Below are positions 41,935-51,623 of a DNA stretch of 64,000 nt, in pieces. The notes under the pieces are model-generated. The model made no database searches. It was not told the origin of the DNA and saw nothing but the letters and a program-made list of their open reading frames with translations. A program made the translations under genes and the position numbers. Location of the stretch: NCBI GenBank assembly GCA_040879385.1, contig JBBDKM010000096.1, positions 144,150 through 208,149 on the forward strand. Direction: 5' to 3'. This DNA comes from Thermoanaerobaculia bacterium (lineage in GTDB: Bacteria; Acidobacteriota; Thermoanaerobaculia; UBA5066; Gp7-AA6). Numbering within the stretch: the first letter of the stretch is position 1; each line of letters begins with the position of its first letter.

Positions 41935-43042
41935 ATGGCCGACGGCATCCGCCTTCTCGAGACGCTCGTCCTGAACGGACCGAACTACTGGTCCTATCGC
42001 CCGTGCGTCTGGATGCGGATCGATCTCGGGCCCTTCGCGGAGCACCCGTCGAGCGGGATCCCGGGGTTCGGCGAAAAGCTCGAGCGTATGCTGCCCGGTC
42101 TGCAGGAGCATCACTGCTCCGAAGGAGCGGCGGGGGGGTTCCTGAAGCGCGTCGCCGAAGGGACCTGGCTCGGCCACGTGGCCGAGCACATCGCCCTCGA
42201 GATCCAGCAGGAGGTCGGCATCTCTGTCTCCTTCGGGCGCACGCGCGAGCGCTGGGCGCTCGGCCCCTCGACGCGCTCGATCGTGACCGTCGCGGCGGCG
42301 CGCGGGATTCCGCACTTGCGCTTGAACGACCGTTCCCTCGTCATGCTCGGCACGGGCGTTCACCAGAAGCGCATCCAGGCGACGATTGCCTCGACGACCG
42401 GCCAGCTCGGCGTCGAGATCGCCGGCGACAAGAGCCTGACCAAGACTCTGCTCGGGGACAACGGCGTGCCCGTGCCGCGGGGCTCGGTCGCGGACGACGA
42501 GGACGACGCCGTCGCGCTCGCCGAGAGCCTCGGCTGGCCCGTCGTCGTCAAGCCGCTCGACGCCTCGCACGGCCGGGGCGTGCTGACGAACATCCGAAAC
42601 GAGAAGGAGCTGCGCCTCGCCTTCCGGGACGCCCTGAAGCGCCCACGGCATGGCGCTCGTCGCGCCGTTTCTGGCCTCGATCACGCGGGGCCGCCTGATC
42701 GTCGTGCTGAACGCCCCCGGCGACCGGCGCGAGGAAGACTTCGACGCCATCACGAAGGAGGCCGCGCCGCACTTCGACCACGTCATCCTGCGGGACGACG
42801 AGGACCTGCGCAGCCGCGCTCCCTGCGAAGTGACCGGGTACCTGCGCGAGTGCCTGATCCGGCACGGCATGAAGGCCGAGCAGATCTAAGAAGTGAAGAA
42901 CGAGCCGGAGGCCGTGCGGCACGGCCTGCAGATGGCGCGCCGCGACGACCTCGTCGTGGTCTTCGCCGACCGCATCTCGAAGGTCGGGGCGCAGGTCGAC
43001 TTCGAACGGCAGAAGGAGTCCCGCGTCTCCGGCAATGACTGA
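41935..43042 (+). pseudogene. cphA: cyanophycin synthetase remnant (internal deletions, frameshift, premature TAA)
   Basis: The N-terminus MADGIRLLETLVLNGPNYWSYRPCVWMRIDLG...HHCSEGAAGGFLKRVAEGTWLGHVAEHIALEIQ and the start of the ATP-grasp domain (GPSTRSIVTVAAARGIPHLRLN...VVVKPLDASHGRGV) are CphA-like. After about 42640 the frame is lost. The extreme C-terminus resumes in another frame (GRLIVVLNAPGDRREEDFDAI...ILRDDEDLRSR) and is interrupted by a TAA at 42887. It then continues as EVKNEPEAVRHGLQMARRDDLVVVFAD to the TGA at 43040-43042. In total about 370 of the roughly 900 codons expected for CphA remain. Confidence 0.75.
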
Positions 43043-46000
43043 CGAAACCCGCGGAGAGACGAAGGACGCCGCCTCGACACCCGTGCCCGCGGACCCCGCC
43101 GCGCCCTCCGGGTCGGGCAAACAGATCTTTCGTCAGCCGGGCCTGGCGCCGGACACGGTCCTCACCGATCGCTTCCGCATCGTGCGCTTCATCGCTCGCG
43201 GCGGCATGGGCGAGGTCTACGAGGCGGAGGACCGGGTGCTCAAGGAGCGGGTCGCCCTGAAGACGATCCGCCCCGACGTCGCCGGCGACGAGCGGACGAT
43301 GGAGCGCTTCCTGCGCGAGGTGCACCTGGCGCGCAGCGTCACGCACCCCAACGTGAGCCGCACCTTCGACGTGTTCCATCACGAGGGCTTCGCGTTCCTG
43401 ACGATGGAGCTGCTCGCCGGCGAGACGCTGTCGGAGCGCCTGTCGCGCGGCGGTCGTATGAAGCCGGAGGAGGCGCTGCCGCTCGTCGAGCAGATGGCCG
43501 CGGCGCTCTACGCCGCGCACGAGGCGGGGATCATCCACCGGGACTTCAAGAGCGCCAACGTGATGCTCGTTCCCGACGAGCGCCGGGGGGGCGGCGTGCG
43601 AGTCGTCGTGACCGACTTCGGCCTGGCGCGCCGCAATCGGCCGGGCCGCGGCTCGGCTGCGCCGCTGACGGAGACGGAAGCCGTGCTGGGAACACCCGAC
43701 TACATGGCGCCCGAACAGATCGAGGGGCGCGAGCTCACCCCGGCGACCGATGTCTACGCCCTCGGCATCGTGATGTACGAGATGGTCACCGGCAAGCCGC
43801 CCTTTCAGGGTGACACACCTCTGTCGGTAGCCCTCAAGAAGCTCAAGGAGGCGGCGCCCTCGCCGCGCGGGCAAGCGCCCGACCTTCCGCCGCTCTGGGA
43901 GAAGGCGATTCTGCGCTGTCTCGAGCGCAACCCGGCCGACCGTTTTCCCTCCGCCGGCGACCTCGTCCGCGCGCTCCAGGGCGAGGAAATCCCGCCCGGG
44001 CCGGGCCAGCGGGCGCGGCGCCGCCGGAGGATCGCCGTCGTGGCGGCCGCGCTCCTGCTCGCCGCGGTTGCGGGGTTCCTCGTTCCGCGAATCGGGCGCC
44101 AGTCCCCGGCCGGATCTCCCTCCGCCGCCGCGAAGGCCCCGAGGCGCGCGATCGCCGTACTCGGGTTCAAGAACCTCGCCGGCCGGCCCGAGGAGGCCTG
44201 GGTCTCCACCGCACTCGCGGAGATGCTCACGACCGAGCTCGCCGCCGGCGAGAAGCTCCGGGCGATCCCGAGCGAGGAGGTCGCTCGGATGAAGATCGAT
44301 CTGTCGCTGCCCGAGGCGGACACTCTTGGGCGCGATTCCCTCGAGCGCGTGCGCAACAACATCGGCGCCGATCTCGTCCTTCTCGGCTCGTATCTCGCCA
44401 TGTCGCCGGAGGCCGGGGGCCCGATCCGTCTCGACCTGCGGCTCCAGGACACGGGCGCCGGCGAGACGGTCGCCCTCGTATCGGAGAAGGGCACGCGGGC
44501 GGAGTTCGACGCCCTCGTGACGCGGGCGGGAGCGCAACTGCGCCAGAAGCTGGAGCTGCCCGCGGTCTCGGCCGCCGAGGCGGCCGCCGTTCGCGCCACG
44601 CTGCCCTCGCATCCCGAGGCGGCCCGGCTGTACGCCGAGGGCCTGGCGAAGCTGCGGCTCTTCGACGACATGGCGGCGCGCGACCTCCTCGAGAAGGCCG
44701 TCGCAGCGGATCCGCAGCACGCGCTGGCCCACTCGGCCCTGGCGGCGGCCTGGTCCGCGCTCGGCTACGACGGCCGCGCGCGCGAGCAGGGCAAGACGGC
44801 GTTCGACCTGTCGGGCAGCCTCGCGCGGGAAACGCGCCTCCTCGTCGAGGGGCGCTTCCGCGCGATGAACAACGAGTGGGAACGGACGATCGAGATCTAC
44901 CGCTCGCTCTTCACCTTCTTTCCCGACAACACCGACTACGGCCTGCACCTGGCCAGCGCCCAGACGCGGGCGGGCCGCGGCAACGACGCGCTCGCGACGA
45001 TCGCCGCGCTCAAGAAGGCGTTCCCGCGCGAGGACGCCCGCATCGCGCTCGCCGAGGCCGAGACGGCGCGGGCGCTGTCGGATTTCCCGCGTGTGGAGAA
45101 GGCCGCCGTCCGCGCGGTCGCGATCGGCGGCGCGCAGGGGGCGCGCCTGCTCGTCGCCGGCGCGCTGCTCCTCCAGGCGAGCGCCCTGCGGAACACCGGG
45201 GACCCGAAGCAGGCCATGGTACCGGCCGAGGAGGCCCGCCGTCTCTACGAGGCCGCGGGAGACCGCGGAGGCGTGGCCGCCGCGTTCAACTCCCTCGGCA
45301 GCAGCCGCTATGACCAGGGCGACCTGTCCGGCGCGCGCAAGGCGTACGAGGGCGTACTCTCGACGGCGCGCGCCATCGGGAACAAACGCGCGGAGGCCGG
45401 GGCGCTCGACAACATCGCCAGCGTCGTCGGCGACCAGGGCGACCTGGCGACGGCCCAGCGGCTTTCCGAGCAGGCGCTGGCGATCTTCCGCGAGATCGAC
45501 GACAAGGCCGGCGAAGCGGAAACGCTCAACAACCTCGGCGCGGGTCTGGTGGTCCAGGGGAACTTCCGCGGCGCGCGGGCGATGTTCGAGGCTGCCCTCC
45601 CCCTCTACCAGGAGACGGGCGACGAGGGAGGCCTCGCGATCGCTCTGACCAATACCGCCGAGATGCAGGCCAACGAGGGCGACCTCGCGGGCGCGGCCGC
45701 GAGCAACCAGAGGTCCCTCGAGATCTTCCGCGACTCGGGCCAGAAGTCGAAGGCCGTCTATCCGCTGGTCGGCCTCGCCGGCGCGCGCTTCGCGTCCGGC
45801 GACCTCGGGCAAGCCCGGAAGATGCTGGAGGAAGGCCTCCAGATCTGCCGCGAGGCCGACGACCGCCACGAGGAAGCGTACGTGTTGTCGGGGCTCGCCC
45901 GGATCGCGCTCGCCGAGGATCGCCCCGCCGAGGCGAGAAAGCGCCACGAGGAGGCCCTCGCGATCCGCTCGGAGATCGGCGAGGCCGGCGCCGCGGCCCA

Positions 46001-46493
46001 GAGTCGCGTGGAGATTGCGCGGGTGGCGCTCGAAGAGGGCAAACTCGACGAGGCCGCGGCGGGCGCGAACGCCGCCCTCGTCCCGATCCGGGCGCAGAAG
46101 CTCCCTGACGACGAGGTCTTCGGCCTGGCCGTTCTCGCGCGCGCCCTCGCCGGGAGCGGGCGTCTCGAGGAGGCGGGCAAGGTCGTGGACACGGCCCGCG
46201 ATCTCGCCGCGAAGAGTCAGCATGAGGGCTCCCGCCGCGAGTTCCAGCTCGCTTCGGCGGCCGTCCGGGCCGCGCGCGGCGACGCCGCCGGGGCGCGGAA
46301 GACTCTCGACGCGGCCGTTGCGCGCGCGAAGCAGCAGGGCGATCTCGCTTTCGAGCTGGAAGCGCGCCTCCTCCTCGGGAAGATCGAGGTGGCCTCGGGT
46401 GCGGCTGCGGCGGGGCGCGCGCGGCTGGACGGGGTCGCGAAGGACGCGGCCGCGAAGGGCTTCCTCCTCGTCGCGCGGAAGGCGCGGGCGTGA
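43035..46493 (+). CDS. serine/threonine protein kinase with extracytoplasmic TPR domain
   Basis: Hanks kinase motifs GGMGEVY, HRDFKSANVML, DFGLAR and GTPDYMAPE. A TM helix (IAVVAAALLLAAVAGFLV) is followed by a TolB-N/CsgG-like module (AIAVLGFKNLAG...) and many TPR-like repeats. Confidence 0.9.
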   Translation: MTDETRGETKDAASTPVPADPAAPSGSGKQIFRQPGLAPDTVLTDRFRIVRFIARGGMGEVYEAEDRVLKERVALKTIRPDVAGDERTMERFLREVHLARSVTHPNVSRTFDVFHHEGFAFLTMELLAGETLSERLSRGGRMKPEEALPLVEQMAAALYAAHEAGIIHRDFKSANVMLVPDERRGGGVRVVVTDFGLARRNRPGRGSAAPLTETEAVLGTPDYMAPEQIEGRELTPATDVYALGIVMYEMVTGKPPFQGDTPLSVALKKLKEAAPSPRGQAPDLPPLWEKAILRCLERNPADRFPSAGDLVRALQGEEIPPGPGQRARRRRRIAVVAAALLLAAVAGFLVPRIGRQSPAGSPSAAAKAPRRAIAVLGFKNLAGRPEEAWVSTALAEMLTTELAAGEKLRAIPSEEVARMKIDLSLPEADTLGRDSLERVRNNIGADLVLLGSYLAMSPEAGGPIRLDLRLQDTGAGETVALVSEKGTRAEFDALVTRAGAQLRQKLELPAVSAAEAAAVRATLPSHPEAARLYAEGLAKLRLFDDMAARDLLEKAVAADPQHALAHSALAAAWSALGYDGRAREQGKTAFDLSGSLARETRLLVEGRFRAMNNEWERTIEIYRSLFTFFPDNTDYGLHLASAQTRAGRGNDALATIAALKKAFPREDARIALAEAETARALSDFPRVEKAAVRAVAIGGAQGARLLVAGALLLQASALRNTGDPKQAMVPAEEARRLYEAAGDRGGVAAAFNSLGSSRYDQGDLSGARKAYEGVLSTARAIGNKRAEAGALDNIASVVGDQGDLATAQRLSEQALAIFREIDDKAGEAETLNNLGAGLVVQGNFRGARAMFEAALPLYQETGDEGGLAIALTNTAEMQANEGDLAGAAASNQRSLEIFRDSGQKSKAVYPLVGLAGARFASGDLGQARKMLEEGLQICREADDRHEEAYVLSGLARIALAEDRPAEARKRHEEALAIRSEIGEAGAAAQSRVEIARVALEEGKLDEAAAGANAALVPIRAQKLPDDEVFGLAVLARALAGSGRLEEAGKVVDTARDLAAKSQHEGSRREFQLASAAVRAARGDAAGARKTLDAAVARAKQQGDLAFELEARLLLGKIEVASGAAAAGRARLDGVAKDAAAKGFLLVARKARA

Positions 46494-47019
46494 AAGGCCT
46501 CCTCGACGAATGCCGCGGCCGCCAGGCCGAGATGACGGCGCTCCTGGCGGAGCTCGTCGCGATCGAGTCGCCCTCGACGGATCCCGCCGGGGTCGCGGCG
46601 CTCGCCCGCCGGATCGACGCCGAGCTCTCCCCTCTGGGATTGCGCGGCGAGCTCGTGCCGGTCGAGGGCGGGGGCCCGATCCTGCGCGCCGGCAGCGGCG
46701 AGCGGCCCGTGATGCTCCTCGGCCACCTCGACACCGTGTGGGACCCCGGTACCCTCGCCGTGCGCCCGACGCGGATCGAAGACGGCCGGCTCTTCGGGCC
46801 GGGCGCCTACGACATGAAGGGCGGCATCGTCGTGCTGCTCTTCGCGCTCAAGGCGCTGAAGGCTCGCGGCGCGCTACCTGCCGTCTCGGTGCGCCCACCA
46901 TCGACGGCCTCGGCCCCGACGGCGACGGCGCGCACGCCGAGCACGAGCACGTCCTGCTGTCCTCCCTGCCCGAACGGACGGCTAACTTTTCGGACAGGAA
47001 CGCGCGACAATGGACGTGA
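46490..47019 (+). pseudogene. M20-family metallopeptidase remnant (large internal deletion plus frameshift)
   Basis: The N-terminal about 130 aa are M20-like (LVAIESPS..., MLLGHLDTVW, GPGAYDMKGG). Homology stops at ALPAVSV (about 46885). The family C-terminus (PTIDGLGPDGDGAHAEHEHVLLSSLPERTA) follows immediately but in a different frame, ending at 47019. About 220 central codons are missing. Confidence 0.7.
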
Positions 47020-47047
47020 AGTGTCTGCAGTTACAGGAGGTATCCGG

Positions 47048-49618
47048 ATGCGCCTGGCTCCGAGGCTTCTCGCGGCTTTCGTCATTGTGTCCGCGGCGTC
47101 GACAGAGGCGGCGTCCGCGGCGGTCATCTATGTCGATGCCGCCGCGACCGGGTCGAACAACGGGTCGAGCTGGGCCAACGCCTACACGAGCCTCCAGGCC
47201 GGCCTCGCCGCCGCCGTGTCGCCCGACGAGATTTGGGTCGCCGCCGCGACCTACCGCCCGACGGGGACGGCTAACCGCACGATCAGCTTCCCCATGAAGA
47301 ACGGCGTCGGCGTCTACGGCGGCTTCGACGGCACCGAGACGCTGCGCACCGAGCGGGACCCCGAGGCCAACGTGACCATCCTGTCGGGCGACATCGGGAC
47401 CGCCGGCGCCCCCGACAACAGCTACCACGTCGTGACCGCCGGCGCCACCGTCACGCTGAGCGGCGTACTCGACGGGTTCACGATCACGGGGGGACAGGCC
47501 GACGGCGCGCCGCCGCCAACGAGCAACGACGACCGCGGCGCCGGGATTTGGATCAACGGCGGTTCGCCCACGCTTGCGCAGCTGACGGTCACCGGCAACT
47601 TCGCCCTGGGTCAGGGCGGGGGGCTGCGAATCACAAGCGGATCCGCAATCGTCCTGAACTCCCAGTTCGTCTCCAACACGGTTGCCTTCAACGTGGACAC
47701 GAACCTCAACGGTGGTGGCGGAGTGTTCGTCGGAGGCGGCAGCAGCCTCACCGCCCAGAACTGTGTTTTCCGGTCGAACTCGATATCCGGCACCACGACG
47801 GGCGGCGGCGGTATCCAGACCAGCGGCGCACCCGTGACGCTGGTCAACTGCATCATCGCGCAGAATAGCCCCAACGGCCTCCAGGTCTCGACCGTCGACG
47901 GCAGCGTCATCGACAACTGCACCTTCACCGCCAACAACGGCTACGGCGCGGCTTTCATCGTCAGCAACAGCAACTCGATCGCGAACACGATCTTCTGGGG
48001 CGACTTCATCCCGGAGATCTTCCTCTCGAGCGCGACGATCTCCATCTCTTACTCCGACATCCAGGGCGGGGGCTTTCCCGGCACGGGGAACATCAACGCC
48101 GACCCGCTCTTCCTCGGAGCCCCGGGCGATCTGCGTCCCGGTGTGCTCTCCCCCGTCGTCGACGCGGGAAACAACTTGGCGGTGCCGGGGGGCGTGACCA
48201 CGGACGTGGTAGGCCTGCCTCGCTTCTTCGACGACCCGGATGTTCCGGACACCGGCGCGGGGCTGACTCCCCCCTATGTCGACATGGGCGCGTACGAGCG
48301 GATCCCGATCACAGTCTCGACCCCGGTCAACCTGGTCGTCTGCTCCGGAAGCTCCGCCAGCTTCTCGGTGACCGCGGCCGGCCAGCCGACCCTTACGTAC
48401 CAGTGGCGCAAGAACGGGGTCAACCTCGGAAACGGCGGCACGGTCTCCGGAGCGCTCACCGACACGCTGACCATCAACCCGACCGCGGCGGGCGACACCG
48501 GCAGCTACGACATCGTCGTCACCGACGGGTTCGGCCAGACCATCACGTCGGCGGCCGCCAGCCTGACGGTGAACACGCGCCCCACGGCCGCGGCCTCCGG
48601 CACAGCGACGATCTGCAACGGCGACTCCGTCCCGCTGACCGGCTCGGGCGGCGTGTCCTGCGCGTGGCTGCCGGTGACCGACCTCTCGGATGCCGGGAGC
48701 TGCACGCCCACGGCCACGCCCCTGTCGACGACGAGCTATGCCCTCACCGTCACGGCCGCCAACGGTTGCACCTCGACCAACGTGGCGAGCGTGACGGTCA
48801 CCGTCAACATCACGCCGGCGTTGCCGGTCATCACGGCCCCGCTCTCGGTGCCCGTCGGCGCCTCCGGGGCCTCGGCCAGCGTCGTCAACCACGCGGGAGC
48901 GAGCTGGACCTGGACGCTGTCGGGCGGCGGGGTCATCACGGCCGGCCAGGGCTCCCGCCAGATCGTGTTCGACGCGGGCCCGCCGGGAAGCACGATGCAC
49001 GTCACCGTCATCGAGTCGGCGAGCGGCTGCACGTCCCCGATGGCCGAGACGGACATCCAGGTGGACTTCCTGGACGTGCCCCCCACGAACCTCTTTCACG
49101 ACTTCGTCAACACCGTCGCGCGCAACGGCGTGACCGCCGGCTGCGGCGGCGGCAACTACTGCGGCGTATCGAACGTCACGCGGTCGCAGATGGCCGTCTT
49201 CCTGCTGAAGGCCAAGTTCGGCCCCACTCACGTCCCGCCCGCCGCGACGGGAACCGTGTTCCTCGACGTGCCGTCGAACGGCTTCGCCGCGGCCTGGATC
49301 GAGGAACTGGCGGCGCTCGGTGTGACCGGCGGCTGCGGCGGCGGCAACTACTGCCCCACAAGCCCCGTCACGCGCGCGCAGATGGCCGTCTTCCTGCTGA
49401 AGGCGTCGATCGACGCGGCCTACGTGCCGCCCCCTGCCACGGGGGGCGTGTTCACCGACGTCGCGGCGGGGTCCTTCGCCGCGGACTGGATCGAGGACCT
49501 CTTCGCCCGCGCGATCACGGGCGGCTGCCTGACCAATCCGCTCCGCTACTGCCCGAGCAACAACAACAACCGGCAGCAGATGGCGGTGTTCATTGTGAAG
49601 GCGTTCGCGCTGCAATAG
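47048..49618 (+). CDS. secreted right-handed beta-helix (Pmp-like / choice-of-anchor-Q-like) protein with Ig-like domains and C-terminal 3x SLH-like module
   Basis: AGGAGG lies 7 nt upstream of the ATG at 47048, and the signal peptide is [24 protein letters not shown]. The beta-helix rungs contain GGG/FxxN-type repeats, and there is an Ig-like segment ([13 protein letters not shown]...GSYDIVVTD). It ends in the triple SLH-like module. Confidence 0.85.
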   Translation: MRLAPRLLAAFVIVSAASTEAASAAVIYVDAAATGSNNGSSWANAYTSLQAGLAAAVSPDEIWVAAATYRPTGTANRTISFPMKNGVGVYGGFDGTETLRTERDPEANVTILSGDIGTAGAPDNSYHVVTAGATVTLSGVLDGFTITGGQADGAPPPTSNDDRGAGIWINGGSPTLAQLTVTGNFALGQGGGLRITSGSAIVLNSQFVSNTVAFNVDTNLNGGGGVFVGGGSSLTAQNCVFRSNSISGTTTGGGGIQTSGAPVTLVNCIIAQNSPNGLQVSTVDGSVIDNCTFTANNGYGAAFIVSNSNSIANTIFWGDFIPEIFLSSATISISYSDIQGGGFPGTGNINADPLFLGAPGDLRPGVLSPVVDAGNNLAVPGGVTTDVVGLPRFFDDPDVPDTGAGLTPPYVDMGAYERIPITVSTPVNLVVCSGSSASFSVTAAGQPTLTYQWRKNGVNLGNGGTVSGALTDTLTINPTAAGDTGSYDIVVTDGFGQTITSAAASLTVNTRPTAAASGTATICNGDSVPLTGSGGVSCAWLPVTDLSDAGSCTPTATPLSTTSYALTVTAANGCTSTNVASVTVTVNITPALPVITAPLSVPVGASGASASVVNHAGASWTWTLSGGGVITAGQGSRQIVFDAGPPGSTMHVTVIESASGCTSPMAETDIQVDFLDVPPTNLFHDFVNTVARNGVTAGCGGGNYCGVSNVTRSQMAVFLLKAKFGPTHVPPAATGTVFLDVPSNGFAAAWIEELAALGVTGGCGGGNYCPTSPVTRAQMAVFLLKASIDAAYVPPPATGGVFTDVAAGSFAADWIEDLFARAITGGCLTNPLRYCPSNNNNRQQMAVFIVKAFALQ
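49067..49615 (+). other. triple SLH-like C-terminal module, copy 1 (183 aa)
   Basis: Three F.DV...(F/W)...(I/V)..L...G(V/I)T.GC.....YCP...(V)TR.QMAVFL.K repeats, joined by (H/Y)VPP.ATG linkers. Confidence 0.75.
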
Positions 49619-49679
49619 GGGCAACGTGTGCCGTAAACCTTCCGGCGCCTCCGTCGTCCGGACGTTGAGGAGGCTCCCC

Positions 49680-51488
49680 ATGAACGTCGAGGTCGGGTGG
49701 CTCCGGGCGCTCGCGGTCTGCGGGCTGCTCGGGTTGAGCGCGTCGCTCCAGGCGCAGAGCACGGGCCTGACCCCGTTGACGGAGATGGGCCCCGCGACCT
49801 ACCTCGCGTTCTCGGGCGGTCTCTACCCGGCGCAGTCCAACACGATGCCCGAGGCCCATGCCGCGGCCGGTGCCGTGCGAGCCGCGGCGATTCAGCCTCT
49901 CGACGGGAACGGCAGTCCGAGCGCGGCCGGCAAGATCGCCCTTCTCTCGATCGGCATGTCGAACACGACGCAGGAGTTCTGCTCGCAGAACGGCCTGCAG
50001 CCCTGCGCCTCCTGGACCTTCGCCGGGCAGGCTCTCGCCGACCCCGAGGTCAATCACACGACCCTCGCGCTCGTCAACGGCGCCCGCGGCGGCCAGACCG
50101 CCATGACCTGGGACGATCCCGCCGATCCAAACTACGACCGGGTTCGCGACGTCGACCTGGCCGGGCAGGGCCTGACCGAGGCGCAGGTGCAGGCCGCGTG
50201 GGTGAAAGTGGCCGACGCCACACCGACGGTGTCGTTGCCGAACGCCGGCGCCGACGCCTATGCGCTGGAGACCTCCATCGGCAACATCGCGCGGGCGCTG
50301 CGAGTCAGGTACCCCAACCTCCAGCTCGTCTTTCTCTCGAGTCGCATCTACGCGGGCTGGGCGACCACACAGCTTAACCCGGAGCCTTACGCCTACGAAT
50401 CCGGCTTCTCGGTCAAGTGGGCGATCCAGGCGCAGATCGACCAGATGGCAAACGGCGGAACGATCGTCGACCCGCTCGCGGGCGATCTGAACTACGGAAC
50501 CGTGGCGCCGTGGATCGGATGGGCGGCGTACCTGTGGGGCGACGGCCTCATTCCGCGCTGCGACGGCCTGGTGTGGGAGCAGGCGGATTTGCAGGCTGAC
50601 GGCACGCATCCGTCGCAGTCCGGCGAGACGAAGGTCGGCGCGATGCTCCTGTCTTTCTTCAAGACCGACCCGCGCACTCGCGCATGGTTCCTCGCGCTCG
50701 GCGACACAGCCGTCGCGCCGACCTCCGGCTCCGCGGCCGGGGCCGGCGTCACGATCTCGGGCGTCGGGTTCCAGAGCGGCGCGGCCGTCACCGTCGGCGC
50801 GCTCAACGCCACCGGAATTGCCGTGACGAATACTTCGATCATCGCGACGACGCCGGCGCTCGCGGCCGGCACTCTCCACGATGTCGTCGTCACCAACCCC
50901 GACGCTTCCGCCGGCACGATTCCGGAGGGTTTCTTTGCGGATTTCACCGACGTTCCGGAAGCGCACGCGTTTCACGACTTCGTCGAGAAGATCTTCCGCG
51001 CCGCCGTCACGGCCGGCTGCGGCGACGGCATCTACTGCCCCGACGATGCCATCACCCGCGAGCAGATGGCGGTGTTCCTTCTCAAGGCCCGTTACGGCGA
51101 CTGTTTCGCCCCGCCGGCGGCGACCGGCGCGGTCTTCGGGGACGTCTCCGCGAGCGATCCCTTCGCCGACTGGATCGAACAGCTCGCCGGGCTCGGCGTC
51201 ACCTCCGGGTGCGGCGGCGGCAACTACTGCCCCGGCGCCGCCGTGACCCGCGCCCAGATGGCCGTGTTCCTCCTGAAGACGCTCCTCGGCTCGGGCTATG
51301 TCCCGCCCGTCGTCGCGCAGATCTTCGACGACGTGCCGCCGGGCGCGTTCGCCTACGACTGGATCAACGACCTGTACGGCCGCGGCGTCACGGGCGGCTG
51401 CAGCGCCTCGCCGCTCCTGTACTGCCCCGCCAACTCCAATACCCGCGGGCAGATGGCGGTGTTCCTGGTCAGAGCGTTCTCGCTCTAA
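49680..51488 (+). CDS. secreted SGNH/GDSL-like hydrolase with IPT/TIG domain and C-terminal 3x SLH-like module
   Basis: GGAGG lies upstream of the ATG at 49680, and the signal peptide is [27 protein letters not shown]. The SGNH-like blocks are LLSIGMSNT (block I variant), GARGGQ and DGTHPS (block V D-x-x-H). An IPT/TIG-like segment ([28 protein letters not shown]...) precedes the SLH-like module. Confidence 0.8.
   Translation: MNVEVGWLRALAVCGLLGLSASLQAQSTGLTPLTEMGPATYLAFSGGLYPAQSNTMPEAHAAAGAVRAAAIQPLDGNGSPSAAGKIALLSIGMSNTTQEFCSQNGLQPCASWTFAGQALADPEVNHTTLALVNGARGGQTAMTWDDPADPNYDRVRDVDLAGQGLTEAQVQAAWVKVADATPTVSLPNAGADAYALETSIGNIARALRVRYPNLQLVFLSSRIYAGWATTQLNPEPYAYESGFSVKWAIQAQIDQMANGGTIVDPLAGDLNYGTVAPWIGWAAYLWGDGLIPRCDGLVWEQADLQADGTHPSQSGETKVGAMLLSFFKTDPRTRAWFLALGDTAVAPTSGSAAGAGVTISGVGFQSGAAVTVGALNATGIAVTNTSIIATTPALAAGTLHDVVVTNPDASAGTIPEGFFADFTDVPEAHAFHDFVEKIFRAAVTAGCGDGIYCPDDAITREQMAVFLLKARYGDCFAPPAATGAVFGDVSASDPFADWIEQLAGLGVTSGCGGGNYCPGAAVTRAQMAVFLLKTLLGSGYVPPVVAQIFDDVPPGAFAYDWINDLYGRGVTGGCSASPLLYCPANSNTRGQMAVFLVRAFSL
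50943..51485 (+). other. triple SLH-like C-terminal module, copy 2 (181 aa)
   Basis: Same architecture. The third repeat, [24 protein letters not shown]..., is nearly identical to copy 3. Confidence 0.75.
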
Positions 51489-51623
51489 AGACATCCAAGT
51501 CAGCGTCGCCTGCTGCCGTGGCCCTGCCCCCAGGTAGCCGGCTTCTCGCCCGAACGATCCTGCTAGGCCCTAGCTCCGCGATCGCGGATAATCTTCCGAC
51601 GATGGCACTTTGACGGGCTCCGC

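Noticed and set aside
42783-46223. 1146-aa minus-strand ORF antisense to the kinase gene. Similar antisense giants occur at 46982-49762, 49590-51494, 59391-61559 and 61549-63144.
   Set aside because: Their extreme Arg/Gly/Pro/Asp composition and lack of motifs are typical of GC-driven shadow ORFs. The plus-strand genes carry clear catalytic motifs, signal peptides and domain repeats.
46490-49618. 1042-aa ORF as one gene
   Set aside because: It is a chimera of an M20 peptidase remnant, a junk linker and an independent gene with an AGGAGG RBS and signal peptide at 47048.
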